From Eledone cirrhosa (Eukaryota), in the NCBI GenBank assembly GCA_964016885.1, contig OZ024748.1:27838001-27902000 (forward strand): 64,000 nt of DNA, written 5' to 3'. The position numbers and the translations under genes are program-made. Under the pieces are notes generated by a model. The model was not told the DNA's origin. It saw nothing but the letters and a program-made list of their open reading frames with translations, and ran no database searches. Shown piece by piece: positions 40,701 through 53,668 of the stretch; within the stretch, counting starts at the first letter, position 1, and each line of letters starts with the position of its first letter.

Positions 40701-43700
40701 GTGGAGTTGTTATTGTTGTTGGAGTTGTTTTTGGTGGTGGTGTTGGTGGAGTTGTTGTTGTTGTTGGTGTTGTTGTTTTTGTTGGTGTTGTTGTTGGAGT
40801 TGTTGTTGTTGTTGGTGGTGTTGTTGTTGTTGGAGTTGTTGTTGTTGGTGTTGTTGTTGTTGGTGGAGTTGTTGGTGGAGTTGTTGTTGTTGGGGTTGTT
40901 GTTGGTGTTGTTGTTGTTGGTGGTGTTGTTGGTGGAGTTGTTATTGTTGTTGGAGTTGTTGTTGGTGGTGGTGTTGGTGGAGTTGTTGTTGTTGGTGGAG
41001 TTGTTGTTGTTGGAGTTGTTGTTGTTGTTGGTGTTGTTGTTGTTGTTGGAGTTGTTGTTATTGGAGTTGTTGTTGTTGGAGTTGTTGTTGTTGTTGGTGT
41101 TGTTGTTGTTGGTGGAGTTGTTGGTGGAGTTGTTGTTGTTGGAGTTGTTGTTGGTGTTGTTGTTGGTGGTGTTGTTGGTGGAGTTGTTATTGTTGTTGGT
41201 GTTGTTGGTGGTGGTGGTGTTGGTGGAGTTGTTGTTGTTGGAGTTGTTGTTGTTGTTGGTGGTGTTGTTGTTGTTGGAGTTGTTGTTGTTGTTGGTGTTG
41301 TTGTTTTTGTTGGTGTTGTTGGTGGAGTTGTTGTTGTTGGAGTTGTTGTTGTTGTTGTTGGTGGTGGAGTCGTTGTTGGTGTTGGTGTTGCTGTTGTTGT
41401 TGGTGGTGTTGGTGTTGTTGTTGGTGTTGTTGGTGGAGTCGTTGTTGGTGTTGGTGTTGCTGTTGTTGTTGTTGGTGGTGTTGGTGTTGTTGTTGGTGTT
41501 GTTGGTGGAGTCGTTGTTGGTGTTGGTGTTGCTGTTGTTGTTGTTGGTGGTGTTGGTGTTGTTGTTGGTGTTGTTGTTGGTGTTGTTGTTGGTGGTGTTG
41601 GTGTTGTTGTTGGTGTTGTTGTTGGTGGTGTTGGTGTTGTTGTTGGTGTTGTTGTTGGTGTTGTTGGTGGTGTTGGTGTTGTTGTTGGTGTTGTTGTTGG
41701 TGTTGTTGTTGGTGGTGTTGGTGTTGTTGTTGGTGTTGTTGTTGTTGGTGTTGTTGGTGTTGTTGTTGTTGTTGTTGTTGTTGGTGGAGTTGTTGTTGGT
41801 GGAGTTGTTGTTGTTGGTGTTGTTGGTGTTGTTGGTGTTGTTGTTGTTGTTGTTGTTGGTGTTGTTGGTGGAGTTGTTGTTGGTGTTGTTGTTGTTGTTG
41901 GTGTTGTTGGTGGAGTTGTTGTTGTTGGTGTTGTTGGTGTTGTTGGTGTTGTAGGAGTTGTTGTTGTTGTTGTTGTTGGTGTTGTTGGTGGAGTTGTTGT
42001 TGTTGGTGTTGTTGGTGTTGTTGGTGTTGTTGGTGTTGTTGTTGTTGTTGTTGGTGGTGTTGTTGGTGGAGTTGTTGTTGTTGGTGTTGTTGGTGTTGTT
42101 GGTGTTGTTGTTGTTGTTGTTGGTGTTGTTGGTGGAGTTGTTGTTGTTGGTATTGTTGGTGTTGTTGGTGTTGTTGGAGTTGTTGTTGTTGTTGTTGTTG
42201 TTGTTGTTGGAGTTGTTGTTGTTGGTTTTGTTGTTGTTGGTGGAGATGTTGGTGGTGGTGTTGTTGTTGGTGTTGTTGTTGTTGGTGTTGTTGTTGGTGG
42301 TGGTGGTGGAGTTGGTGTTGTTGGTGGAGTTGGTGTTGTTGTTGGTGTTGTTGGTGTTGTTGGGGTTGTTGTTGTTGTTGTTGTTGTTGGTGGAGTTGGT
42401 GTTGTTGTTGTTGGTGGAGTTGTTGTTGTTGTTGTTGTTGTTGTTGGTGGTGTTGGTGTTGTTGTTGGTAGAGTTGTTGTTGTTGGAGTTGTTGTTGTTG
42501 TTGGTGTTGTTGGTAGAGTTGTTGTTGTGTTGTTGGAGTGTTGTTGTTGGTAGAGTTGTTGTTGTTGGAGTTGTTGTTGTTGGTGTTGTTGTTGTTGGTG
42601 TTGTTGGTGGAGTTGTTGTTGTTGTTGGTGGTGTTGTTGTTGGAGTTGTTGGTGGAGTTGTTGTTGGTGGAGTTGTTGTTGGTGGAGTTGTTGTTGTTGT
42701 TGTTGGTGGAGTTGTTGTTGGTGGAGTTGTTGGTGGAGTTGTTGTTGTTGGAGTTGTTGTTGTTGGAGTTGTAGGTGGAGTTGTTGTTGTTGGAGTTGTT
42801 GGTGGAGTTGTCGTTGTTGTTGTTGGTGGAGTTGTTGTTGGTGGAGTCGTTGTTGGTGTTGGTGTTGCTGTTGTTGTTGTTGGTGGTGTTGGTGTTGTTG
42901 TTGGTGTTGTTGTTGGTGTTGTTGTTGGTGGTGTTGGTGTTGTTGTTGGTGTTGTTGTTGTTGTTGGTGTTGTTGGTGGTGTTGTTGGTGGTGTTGGTGT
43001 TGTTGTTGGTGTTGTTGTTGGTGTTGTTGTTGGTGGTGTTGTTGTTGTTGGTGTTGTTGGTGGTGTTGGTGTTGGTGTTGGTGTTGTTGTTGGTGTTGTT
43101 GTTGGTGGTGTTGGTGTTGTTGTTGTTGTTGTTGGTGTTGTTGGTGTTGTTGGTGTTGTTGTTGTTGTTGTTGTTGTTGTTGGTGGGAGTTGTTGTTGGT
43201 GGAGTTGTTGGTGGAGTTGTTGTTGTTGGTGTTGTTGGTGTTGTTGGTGGAGTTGTTGTTGGTGGAGTTGTTGTTGTTGGAGTTGTTGTTGTTGTTGGTT
43301 TTGTTGTTGTTGGTGGAGATGTTGGTGGTGGTGTTGTTGTTGGTGTTGTTGTTGTTGGTGTTGTTGTTGTTGGTGTTGTTGTTGGTGGTGGTGGGTGGAG
43401 TTGGTGTTGTTGGTGGAGTTGGTGTTGTTGTTGGTGTTGTTGGTGTTGTTGGGGTTGTTGTTGTTGTTGTTGTTGTTGGTGGAGTTGGTGTTGTTGTTGT
43501 TGGTGGAGTTGTTGTTGTTGTTGTTGTTGGTGGTGTTGGTGTTGTTGTTGGTAGAGTTGTTGTTGGAGTTGTTGTTGTTGTTGGTGTTGTTGGTAGAGTT
43601 GTTGTTGTGTTGTTGGAGTTGTTGTTGTTGGTGTTGTTGGTAGAGTTGTTGTTGTTGGAGTTGTTGTTGTTGGTGTTGTTGTTGTTGGTGTTGTTGGTGG

Positions 43701-46700
43701 AGTTGTTGTTGTTGTTGGTGGTGTTGTTGTTGGAGTTGTTGGTGGAGTTGTTATTGTTGTTGTTGGTGGAGTTGTTGTTGTTGTTGGTGGTGGAGTTGTT
43801 GTTGGTGGAGTTGTTGGTGGAGTTGTTGTTGTTGGAGTTGTTGTTGTTGGAGTTGTAGGTGGAGTTGTTTTTGTTGGAGTTGTTGGTGGAGTTGTCGTTG
43901 TTGTTGTTGGTGGAGTTGTTGTTGGTGGAGTTGTTGGTGGAGTTGTTGTTGTTGTTGGTGGAGTTGTTGTTGTTGGAGTTGTTGGTGGAGTTGTCGTTGT
44001 TGTTGTTGGTGGAGTTGTTGTTGTTGGAGTTGTTGGTGGAGTTGTTGTTGTTGGAGTTGTAGGTGGAGTTGTTGTTGTTGGAGTTGTAGGTGGAGTTGTT
44101 GTTGTTGGAGTTGTGGTGGAGTTGTTGTTGTTGTTGGTGTTGTTGTTGTTGTTGGAGTTGTTGTTGTTGTGTTGGAGTTGTTGTTGTTGGTGGAGTTGTT
44201 GTTGTTGGTGTTGTTGGTGGTGGAGTTGTTGTTGTTGGAGTTGTTGGTGGAGTTGTTGTTGTTGGTGTTGTTGTTGGAGTTGTTGTTGTTGGAGTTGTAG
44301 GTGGAGTTGTTGTTGTTGGAGTTGTTGGTGGAGTTGTTGTTGTTGTTGGTGTTGTTGTTGTTGTTTGAGTTGTTGGTGGAGTTGTTGTTGTTGGAGTTGT
44401 TGGTGGAGTTGTTGTTGTTGGAGATGTTGTTGTTGGAGTTGTTGTTGTTGTTGGTGTTGTTGGTGGAGTTGTTGTTGTTGGAGTTGTTGGTGGAGTTGTT
44501 GTTGTTGGTGGAGTTGTTGTTGTTGTTGTTGTTGTTGTTGGTGGAGTTGTTGTTGTTGGAGTTGTCGGTGGAGTTGTTGTTGGTGGAGTTGTTGGTGGAG
44601 TTGTTGTTGTTGGAGTTGTTGTTGTTGGAGTTGTTGTTGTTGTGGAGTTGTTGTTGTTGGTGTTGTTGGTGGTGGAGTTGTTGTTGTTGGAGTTGTTGGT
44701 GGAGTTGTTGTTGTTGTTGGTGGAGTTGTTGTTGTTGGAGTTGTTGTTGTTGTTGGAGTTGTTGTTATTGGAGTTGTTGTTGTTGGAGTTGTTGTTGTTG
44801 TTGGTGTTGTTGTTGTTGGTGGAGTTGTTGGTGGAGTTGTTGTTGTTGGAGTTGTTGTTGGTGTTGTTGTTGTTGGTGGTGTTGTTGGTGGAGTTGTTAT
44901 TGTTGTTGGAGTTGTTGTTGGTGGTGGTGTTGGTGGAGTTGTTGTTGTTGTTGGTGTTGTTGTTTTTGTTGGTGTTGTTGTTGGAGTTGTTGTTGTTGTT
45001 GGTGGTGTTGTTGTTGTTGGAGTTGTTTTTGTTGGTGTTGTTGTTGTTGGTGGAGTTGTTGGTGGAGTTGTTGTTGTTGGAGTTGTTGTTGGTGTTGTTG
45101 TTGTTGGTGGTGTTGTTGGTGGAGTTGTATTGTTGTTGGAGTTGTTGTTGGTGGTGGTGTTGGTGGAGTTGTTGTTGTTGTTGGTGGAGTTGTTGTTGTT
45201 GGAGTTGTTGTTGTTGTTGGTGTTGTTGTTGTTGTTGGAGTTGTTGTTATTGGAGTTGTTGTTGTTGGAGTTGTTGTTGTTGTTGGTGTTGTTGTTGTTG
45301 GTGGAGTTGTTGGTGGAGTTGTTGTTGTTGGAGTTGTTGTTGGTGTTGTTGTTGGTGGTGTTGTTGGTGGAGTTGNNNNNNNNNNNNNNNNNNNNNNNNN
45401 NNNNNNNNNNNNNNNNNNNNNNNNNNNNNNNNNNNNNNNNNNNNNNNNNNNNNNNNNNNNNNNNNNNNNNNNNNNNNNNNNNNNNNNNNNNNNNNNNNNN
45501 NNNNNNNNNNNNNNNNNNNNNNNNNNNNNNNNNNNNNNNNNNNNNNNNNNNNNNNNNNNNNNNNNNNNNNNNNNNTGGAGTTGTTGGTGGAGTTGTTGTT
45601 GTTGGAGTTGTTGTTGTTGGAGTTGTTGTTGTTGTTGGTGTTGTTGGTGGAGTTGTTGTTGTTGGAGTTGTTGGTGGAGTTGTTGTTGTTGGTGGAGTTG
45701 TTGTTGTTGTTGTTGTTGTTGTTGTGGTGGAGTTGTTGTTGTTGGAGTTGTCGGTGGAGTTGTTGTTGGTGGAGTTGTTGGTGGAGTTGTTGTTGTTGGA
45801 GTTGTTGTTGTTGGAGTTGTTGTTGTTGGAGTTGTTGTTGTTGGTGGAGTTGTTGTTGTTGGTGTTGTTGGTGGTGGAGTTGTTGTTGTTGGAGTTGTTG
45901 GTGGAGTTGTTGTTGTTGTTGGTGGAGTTGTTGTTGTTGGAGTTGTTGTTGTTGTTGGAGTTGTTGTTGTTGGAGTTGTTGTTGTTGTTGGTGTTGTTGT
46001 TGTTGGTGGAGTTGTTGGTGGAGTTGTTGTTGTTGGAGTTGTTGTTGGTGTTGTTGTTGGTGGTGTTGTTGGTGGAGTTGTTATTGTTGTTGGAGTTGTT
46101 GGTGGTGGTGGTGTTGGTGGAGTTGTTGTTGTTGGAGTTGTTGTTGTTGTTGGTGGTGTTGTTGTTGTTGGAGTTGTTGTTGTTGTTGGTGTTGTTGTTT
46201 TGTTGGTGTTGTTGGTGGAGTTGTTGTTGTTGTTGGTGGTGTTGTTGTTGTTGGAGTTGTTGTTGTTGTTGGTGTTGTTGTTGTTGGTGGAGTTGTTGGT
46301 GGAGTTGTTGTTGTTGGAGTTGTTGTTGGTGTTGTTGTTGTTGGTGGTGTTGTTGGTGGAGTTGTTATTGTTGTTGGAGTTGTTGTTGGTGGTGGTGTTG
46401 GTGGAGTTGTTGTTGTTGTTGGTGTTGTTGTTTTTGTTGGTGTTGTTGTTGGAGTTGTTGTTGTTGTTGGTGGTGTTGTTGTTGTTGGAGTTGTTGTTGT
46501 TGTTGGTGTTGTTGTTGTTGGTGGAGTTGTTGGTGGAGTTGTTGTTGTTGGAGTTGTTGTTGGTGTTGTTGTTGTTGGTGGTGTTGTTGGTGGAGTTGTT
46601 ATTGTTGTTGGAGTTGTTGTTGGTGGTGGTGTTGGTGGAGTTGTTGTTGTTGTTGGTGGAGTTGTGTTGTTGGAGTTGTTGTTGTTGTTGGTGTTGTTGT

Positions 46701-47996
46701 TGTTGTTGGAGTTGTTGTTGTTGGTGGAGTTGTTGGTGGAGTTGTTGTTGTTGGAGTTGTTGTTGGTGTTGTTGTGGTGGTGTTGTGGAGTTGTTTTGTG
46801 TTGGAGTTGTTGGTGGTGGTGGTGTTGGTGGAGTTGTTGTTGTTGGAGTTGTTGTTGTTGTTGGTGGTGTTGTTGTTGTTGGAGTTGTTGTTGTTGTTGG
46901 TGGTGTTGTTGTTTTTGTTGGTGTTGTTGGTGTTGTTGTTGTTGGTGGTGTTGTTGGTGGAGTTGTTATTGTTGTTGGAGTTGTTGGTGGTGGTGGTGTT
47001 GGTGGAGTTGTTGTTGTTGGAGTTGTTGTTGTTGTTGGTGGTGTTGTTGTTGTTGGAGTTGTTGTTGTTGTTGGTGTTGTGTTGTTGGTGGAGTTGTTGG
47101 TGAGTTGTTGTTGTTGGAGTTGTGTTGGTGTTGTTGTTGTTGGTGGTGTTGTTGGTGGAGTTGTTATTGTTGTTGGAGTTGTTGTGGTGGTGGTGTTGGT
47201 GGAGTTGTTGTTGTTGTTGGTGGAGTTGTTGTTGTTGGAGTTGTTGTTGTTGTTGGTGTTGTTGTTGTTGTTGGAGTTGTTGTTGTTGGTGGAGTTGTTG
47301 GTGGAGTTGTTGTTGTTGGAGTTGTTGTTGGTGTTGTTGTTGGTGGTGTTGTTGGTGGAGTTGTTATTGTTGTTGGAGTTGTTGTTGGTGGTGGTGTTGG
47401 TGGAGTTGTTGTTGTTGTTGGTGTTGTTGTTTTTGTTGGTGTTGTTGTTGGAGTTGTTGTTGTTGTTGGTGGTGTTGTTGTTGTTGGAGTTGTTGTTGGT
47501 GTTGTTGTTGTTCGTGGAGTTGTTGGTGGAGTTGTTGTTGTTGGAGTTGTTGTTGGTGTTGTTGTTGTTGGTGGTGTTGTTGGTGGAGTTGTTATTGTTG
47601 TTGGAGTTGTTGTTGGTGGTGGTGTTGGTGGAGTTGTTGTTGTTGTTGGTGGAGTTGTTGTTGTTGGAGTTGTTGTTGTTGTTGGTGTTGTTGTTGTTGT
47701 TGGAGTTGTTGTTATTGGAGTTGTTGTTGTTGGAGTTGTTGTTGTTGTTGGTGTTGTTGTTGTTGGTGGAGTTGTTGGTGGAGTTGTTGTTGTTGGAGTT
47801 GTTGTTGGTGTTGTTGTTGGTGGTGTTGTTGGTGGAGTTGTTATTGTTGTTGGAGTTGTTGGTGGTGGTGGTGTTGGTGGAGTTGTTGTTGTTGGAGTTG
47901 TTGTTGTTGTTGGTGGTGTTGTTGTTGTTGGAGTTGTTGTTGTTGTTGGTGTTGTTGTTTTTGTTGGTGTTGTTGGTGGAGTTGTTGTTGTTGGAG

Positions 47997-48028
<32 letters not shown>

Positions 48029-48350
48029 GGTGTTGTTGTTGGTGGAGTTGTTGTCGGTGTTGTTGGAGTTGTTGTTGGTGGTGGTGTTGGTGTTGTTGCT
48101 GGAGTTGTTGTTGGTGGTGGTGGTGTGGTTGTTGCTGTTGATGATGTTGTTGTTATTGATATTGTTGTTGTCGTAGGTGTTGTTGTTGGTGTTGTTGTTG
48201 GCCTTGTTGTAGGTGTTGTTGATAGTGGTTGTTGGTGTTGTAGTTGCTGTTATTGTTGTTGGTTGTTGGTGTTGTTGTTGGTCTTGTTGTAGGTGTTCTT
48301 GTTTGTGTAGTTGGTGTTGTTGTTGTTATTGTTGTTTGTGTTGTTGGTGC

Positions 48351-48399
<49 letters not shown>

Positions 48400-48472
48400 G
48401 GTGGTGTGGTTGTTGTTGTTGATGTTATTGTTGGTGTTGCTGTTGTTGGTCTTGATGTTGTTGTTGGTGTTG
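36683..48472. repeat. ~11.8-kb (TTG/GTG/GAG)n compound trinucleotide array with higher-order duplication
   Basis: Directly visible. Confidence 0.97.
45376..45575. other. Assembly gap (200 N)
   Basis: Run of N. Confidence 1.
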
Positions 48473-49131
48473 TAATTAATTCGGTGAAATTGCATTTTAA
48501 CGTTTTGCATAACTGCAATTCCAGCTATTGACTGCAACTTGTAAAAATGCAGTGATTGCACTGTGATTGTGCATTGAATGTACAGAGGTATGTTTGACAT
48601 GAAATTAAAATAAAAATAAAAAAAAGACTGGCAATAATATTTTAGGCCACAATACATTCAAAGACTTTTTTCCATTCCACACACATACACAAATATAGAA
48701 GCACAGACACACACTCACATACATTCACACACACACATACACATGCATACACACACATACACATGTGTATGTATAGATAACAGCTTGTACATAAACAAAT
48801 GCTTGCTCTCTGAAGATTCGCAGGTAATAAATGTTCATAGCTTTATATATATATATATGTATGTATATTAGTATATATACACACATATATATATATAGTA
48901 TGTGTATAGTAATATTGGGGTTATTCAATATAGATCCTGGTAAAGATGTGAGAAGCTCTATGCTATCCAGTTTCCTTGATACAACAGTAATTTAAAATCG
49001 GCTGAGGATGTCCTCAGCCGTTGGCGATTCTGTTGTAGACTGTTAGGCTACGGGCTGCAGAACTCAAAGTTTATAATTAATTTTAATTCTACATTTGTTT
49101 CAATGTATATCGGCGGGTCATACGTGGTGTT

Positions 49132-49189
<58 letters not shown>

Positions 49190-49454
49190 TGTTTCTTTAT
49201 TTACCACAAAGGTGCACAAGGAATGGAACATTACAAGACGTGACGGCAGGGGTTTTACACAAAATCGTGTAAAGTGGTTATAACAATGAAAATTAAACAA
49301 TCGAAATCCTCAATAAGGGGGAACGTTTCTGCGGTGTTGTTTTACACCCCGTAGATAGAATAATCTTCAACATTAGGAGCATGTATCTTAGGTGTTCCCG
49401 TCTCCCCTCTTTTGTCCTCTTCAACCTATAGGTTTATATACAGAGAAGGCCCAT

Positions 49455-50392
49455 TCACTCGGGCCATTTTCGCCACATTCACCCACCTTTCAGCGAATTT
49501 ACTGAGGTTCCGTTGGCGATGCGGTTCATTTGCTGCCAACACCCTCTACGCGGAGTCCTGGAGATGCCGTGGAAAATGATGCGTAAACATGCACTGAGGC
49601 GGTGGCATCTCCAGATATTCACCCTAAACGGTGAACAGGTGTGGTCGCCGTTTGTCAGACGGGCTTTTCTACAGTTCATCTCTTTGACTGAGCTTCAGTC
49701 CTGGGTCAAGAAGAGACTGAGATTGGGTGATTGGCATCTGGAATGTTGCCAGGTACTCACTGCCTCTACCAGGTGAGCAATGCAGTCAGTGGATCTTCCA
49801 CTCTCGAGTTCTATAGAGGATTAGTGGTGGGCAAGTGCGACGACGCACACAGACGTCGATGGAGTGGAACTGAACAGCCTGTTCCGGAGAACTTTCGAGC
49901 AGGGAACGATGGACAACTTCGAGAAATCCCTCGCTTGGCAGTGCTACCGGGGGGCACTGCTGGTTCGAGAGGTCACTCTACAGGCACGGAAGTGCTGTCA
50001 GATGGACCTTCCCGAGATGCGCGAAGAGCGACGAAACCGTCCTGCACGCACTCGTCCAGTGTCCGTGCATTACTGACTTATGGAGTTATGTCGAACAGCT
50101 GTTGTTGCGTGTAGAACTAATGCGGCTATCGGCCGAGTCCATAGTGAAGACCAACCCGCCGCTTTCTTCTGATCAAGAAGGGCAGGTAATGTTCCTCTGT
50201 CTGGTGGCAGTAGCGAAAGAGGTTGTATGGTGGACCAGATTGAAAGGACTGCAGACACTTTTTTCTTCGGCCAATCCCTCATCAACTTTTTCACTTGGAA
50301 GGGTGGTGAGGGTGGAGAAGTGTTGCCCCCTCTCCCCGAACATGGTATTGTCCCCTATATGTCGGCCCTTGTGGCCAATAAAGGAAATTATT
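49455..50392 (+). mobile_element. Degenerate Tx1/L1-clade LINE ORF2 C-terminus (zf-RVT region) and 3' end
   Basis: FEKSLAWQCYRGAL, PRCAKSDETVLHALVQCP, LWSYVEQLL and VAKEVVWWTR across frameshifts. Confidence 0.8.
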
Positions 50393-50394
50393 TT

Positions 50395-50675
50395 TTCTTT
50401 CATCCTTACGGGGTCGATAAAATAAAACACCAGTAATGTACTGGGGGTAATTGCTAGCCTTGTGCCAAAAGTAGAAACAATTATTATGGTGGATTGGCAG
50501 TATCGGTAGAGGGTCGGACACCATTCTTTCCAGCATAGTTACGTCCCTTTACGATCTGAGTTCAAATCCCGTCGAGGTTGACTTTGCCTTTCATCCTTAC
50601 GGGGTCGATAAAATAAAGTACCAGTAATGTACTGGGATTTGCTGGCCTTGTGCCTAAAGTAGAAACAATTATTAT
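50395..50675 (+). mobile_element. Truncated plus near full-length SINE pair
   Basis: Match to other copies. Confidence 0.9.
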
Positions 50676-51618
50676 GTTTGCTACACGTGGTTTTTCAGAA
50701 TAATGATGGGTGTTTTTCGTTTCGTTTTATTTTTCCTCTTTTACTCCATGTTGTTTTTTTATTCGCGAGTAAATTTGAAAAAATATTTATCGTTTGTTTT
50801 CACTGTGGGAATTTAAAAATATATTTCCTTGTTGATAATTTTGTTATTGTAATGATTTCTTGTCTCTATTTTTCATTGTTGTTGTTGTTGTTGTTGTTGT
50901 AATAGTTTAAATCCATATTGTCATCGTCGTCGTTGTTGTTGTTGTTGTTGTCGTCGTCGTCATCGTCGTCGTCATCGTTGTTGTCGTGTAATAGTTTTAA
51001 TCTATATTGACATCGTCGTGTTGTTGTTGTTGTTGTTGTTGTTGTTGCTGTTGTCGTCATCGTCGTTGTTGTTACTACTTTTGTTGTGGTAGTTTTAATC
51101 TATATTGTCATCGTTGTTGTTGTTGTTGTTGCTGTTGTTGTTGTTGCTGTCGTTGCTGTTGTTGTTGTTGGTGTTGTCATCGTTGTTGTTGTAACTGCTC
51201 TACAGAATACAAGTGTCATTCTTAGAATTTATTGAAATCTGCAATGGAAAAGCTCGGGAAATTTTCGAGATTCTTCTTTTAGGGTGTTTTTTGACGGAGA
51301 GTTTCTTAGTTTTACCTTTCTTTCTTTTTTACATTTTTATGTTGATATGGAGAGGAAACAACAACAACAACAACAACAAAAAGAACGACAAAAACGAATA
51401 AAAAAAAAATACAATATACTATGGAAGATAGTGGTAGTGAGAGAATATGTTGCAGAGACGTGGAAATGGGGCGTGCTGGTGGTGTTGCTCTTGTTGTTTG
51501 TAGTGGTGGGGGGGATGATGGTTGTGGGGGGTGGGGGTGGGGTGGTAGTGAAGGTGGTGGAGGTGGAGGTGGTGGAGATGGTGGTGGTGGTGGTAGTGGT
51601 GGTGGTGGTTTTGGTGGT

Positions 51619-51649
<31 letters not shown>

Positions 51650-51966
51650 GTGGTGGAGATGGTGGTGGTGGTAGTGGTGGTTTTGGTGGTAGTGGTGGTG
51701 GAAGCTGATAGTGCGGGGGGGGGGGGGGTTAATAGTAGTGGGAGTAATAGCAGTAGTGGTAGTGAGGGTGCTGGTGGTGACTGCAGGGCTGGTGTTTTTG
51801 GTGTTGCTGCTGTGATAGTAGCTAGGGTAATGGTGAAAGAGTGCCGGATTATCCAGAATATCTTCTGGAATATTCCACTACATCATTCTTATTTTTGTTT
51901 CATATGCACACACAAACACAAATACACATACACATATACACATATATATATATGTACATATGTATG

Positions 51967-52091
<125 letters not shown>

Positions 52092-52096
52092 ATGTA

Positions 52097-52170
<74 letters not shown>

Positions 52171-52655
52171 ATAAAATGTTATATATATGTATATATATAT
52201 ACATATATATTTAGCTATTTGTTTTGCTTTGTTTGTTTTTTTTTAAATTTGTATTTCAAATATTTTTTCTAAAAAGACTTATTTTGAGAAAGATTTTTTT
52301 CTTGTATTAGTAGATGTGTGTGTCTGAGTGTGTCTGTGAATGTGTGTATGTATGTGAGTGTGTGTGTGTGTGTGCGTGTGTGTGTGTGAGTACGTGTCAG
52401 CGTATATTTGTATGTCTGTATATGTTTCAACATATATGTGTGTCTGAGAATATTTGTGTCTGTCCGTGTCTATTAGTGTGAAAAATATGTACCTGACTGT
52501 GTGGTTCTGTAGTACTGTGTGTGTTGTATGCATTGGGGTGTTTGTGTCTGTTCGTATACATACATACACGCGCACACACGCACGTATACATATATAAATA
52601 TATACATATATATGTACATATATCTATACATACATATATACACACTCACACACAC

Positions 52656-52703
<48 letters not shown>

Positions 52704-52717
52704 ATGTGTGTGTGTGA

Positions 52718-52756
<39 letters not shown>

Positions 52757-52776
52757 TACACACTCACACACACATA

Positions 52777-52819
<43 letters not shown>

Positions 52820-53263
52820 TCACACACACAAACATACACAAACACGTGCGCACGCTGACAAACACGCGCACACACACGCACATATACATATATTTGTGCG
52901 TGTGTGTTTGTGTATCTTTTCTTCTCAATTCGTATATGATGTAAGCTTGTTAGATTGCATATGTTTCTCTTTCTCTATGTTTTTCTTTTTCTTGTCAATT
53001 TCTATGTGAAACTTTGTTAACCAGTTTGTGTTTGTGTCTACCCCTGTTTTGTTCTTTGATTCAACAAAAACCGATGCTGAAAAATCAAACTTCCAACAGA
53101 TATGGATAGTGTTATTATAAATATGTAGTCTACGTCTGACTATGTGTGTGTCTGCGCGTGCGTCTGCGTGTGTTTCTATGTGTGTCTCTACCTTGGTGTC
53201 TATGTGTGTGTCTATATGTGTGTGTCTATGTGTGTTTGCGTGCGTGTCTTTGCCTGTTTTGTG

Positions 53264-53315
<52 letters not shown>

Positions 53316-53611
53316 AATTTGATTTTTTTTTAGATAGAGCGATCGATATATAAAGAAATTTTACATGTATTTATATTTCACAAGAATATGTACATAGTTG
53401 TAAATGTATGTGTGTATGTATGTGTGTATGTATGTATATGTTACAAGCCCAAATATTTGCATAAGAATACATCTAGTTTCATGTTTATGTTTTCAGAGGC
53501 CTGTGAATATATACAAATGCATTCTTACCTGCACACACACATTCATACCTAAGCATACATTCAACAAATACACACACAAACACACACACACACATATATG
53601 TATGTTTGTGC

Positions 53612-53668
<57 letters not shown>

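Larger units (their letters stand above)
36655..48596 (-). other. Candidate giant exon (or pseudo-exon) encoding a Thr/Pro-rich mucin-type domain with a Cys-rich lead-in
   Basis: Minus strand reads ACA/ACT/CCA codons (TTTP, TPPTTTTP); begins ..LQLCKTLKCNFTELITTPTTTSRPTTATPT..; possible donor TTT/GTAAGA at the low-coordinate end; several 1-nt indels and a gap break the frame. Confidence 0.55.

Noticed and set aside
36628-48292. Very long plus-strand ORFs (poly-L/V, poly-C/W, poly-V/G)
   Set aside because: They are stop-poor reflections of the TTG repeat with TTG/GTG starts, and TAG variants interrupt the Leu frame; the minus-strand Thr/Pro frame explains the variants better
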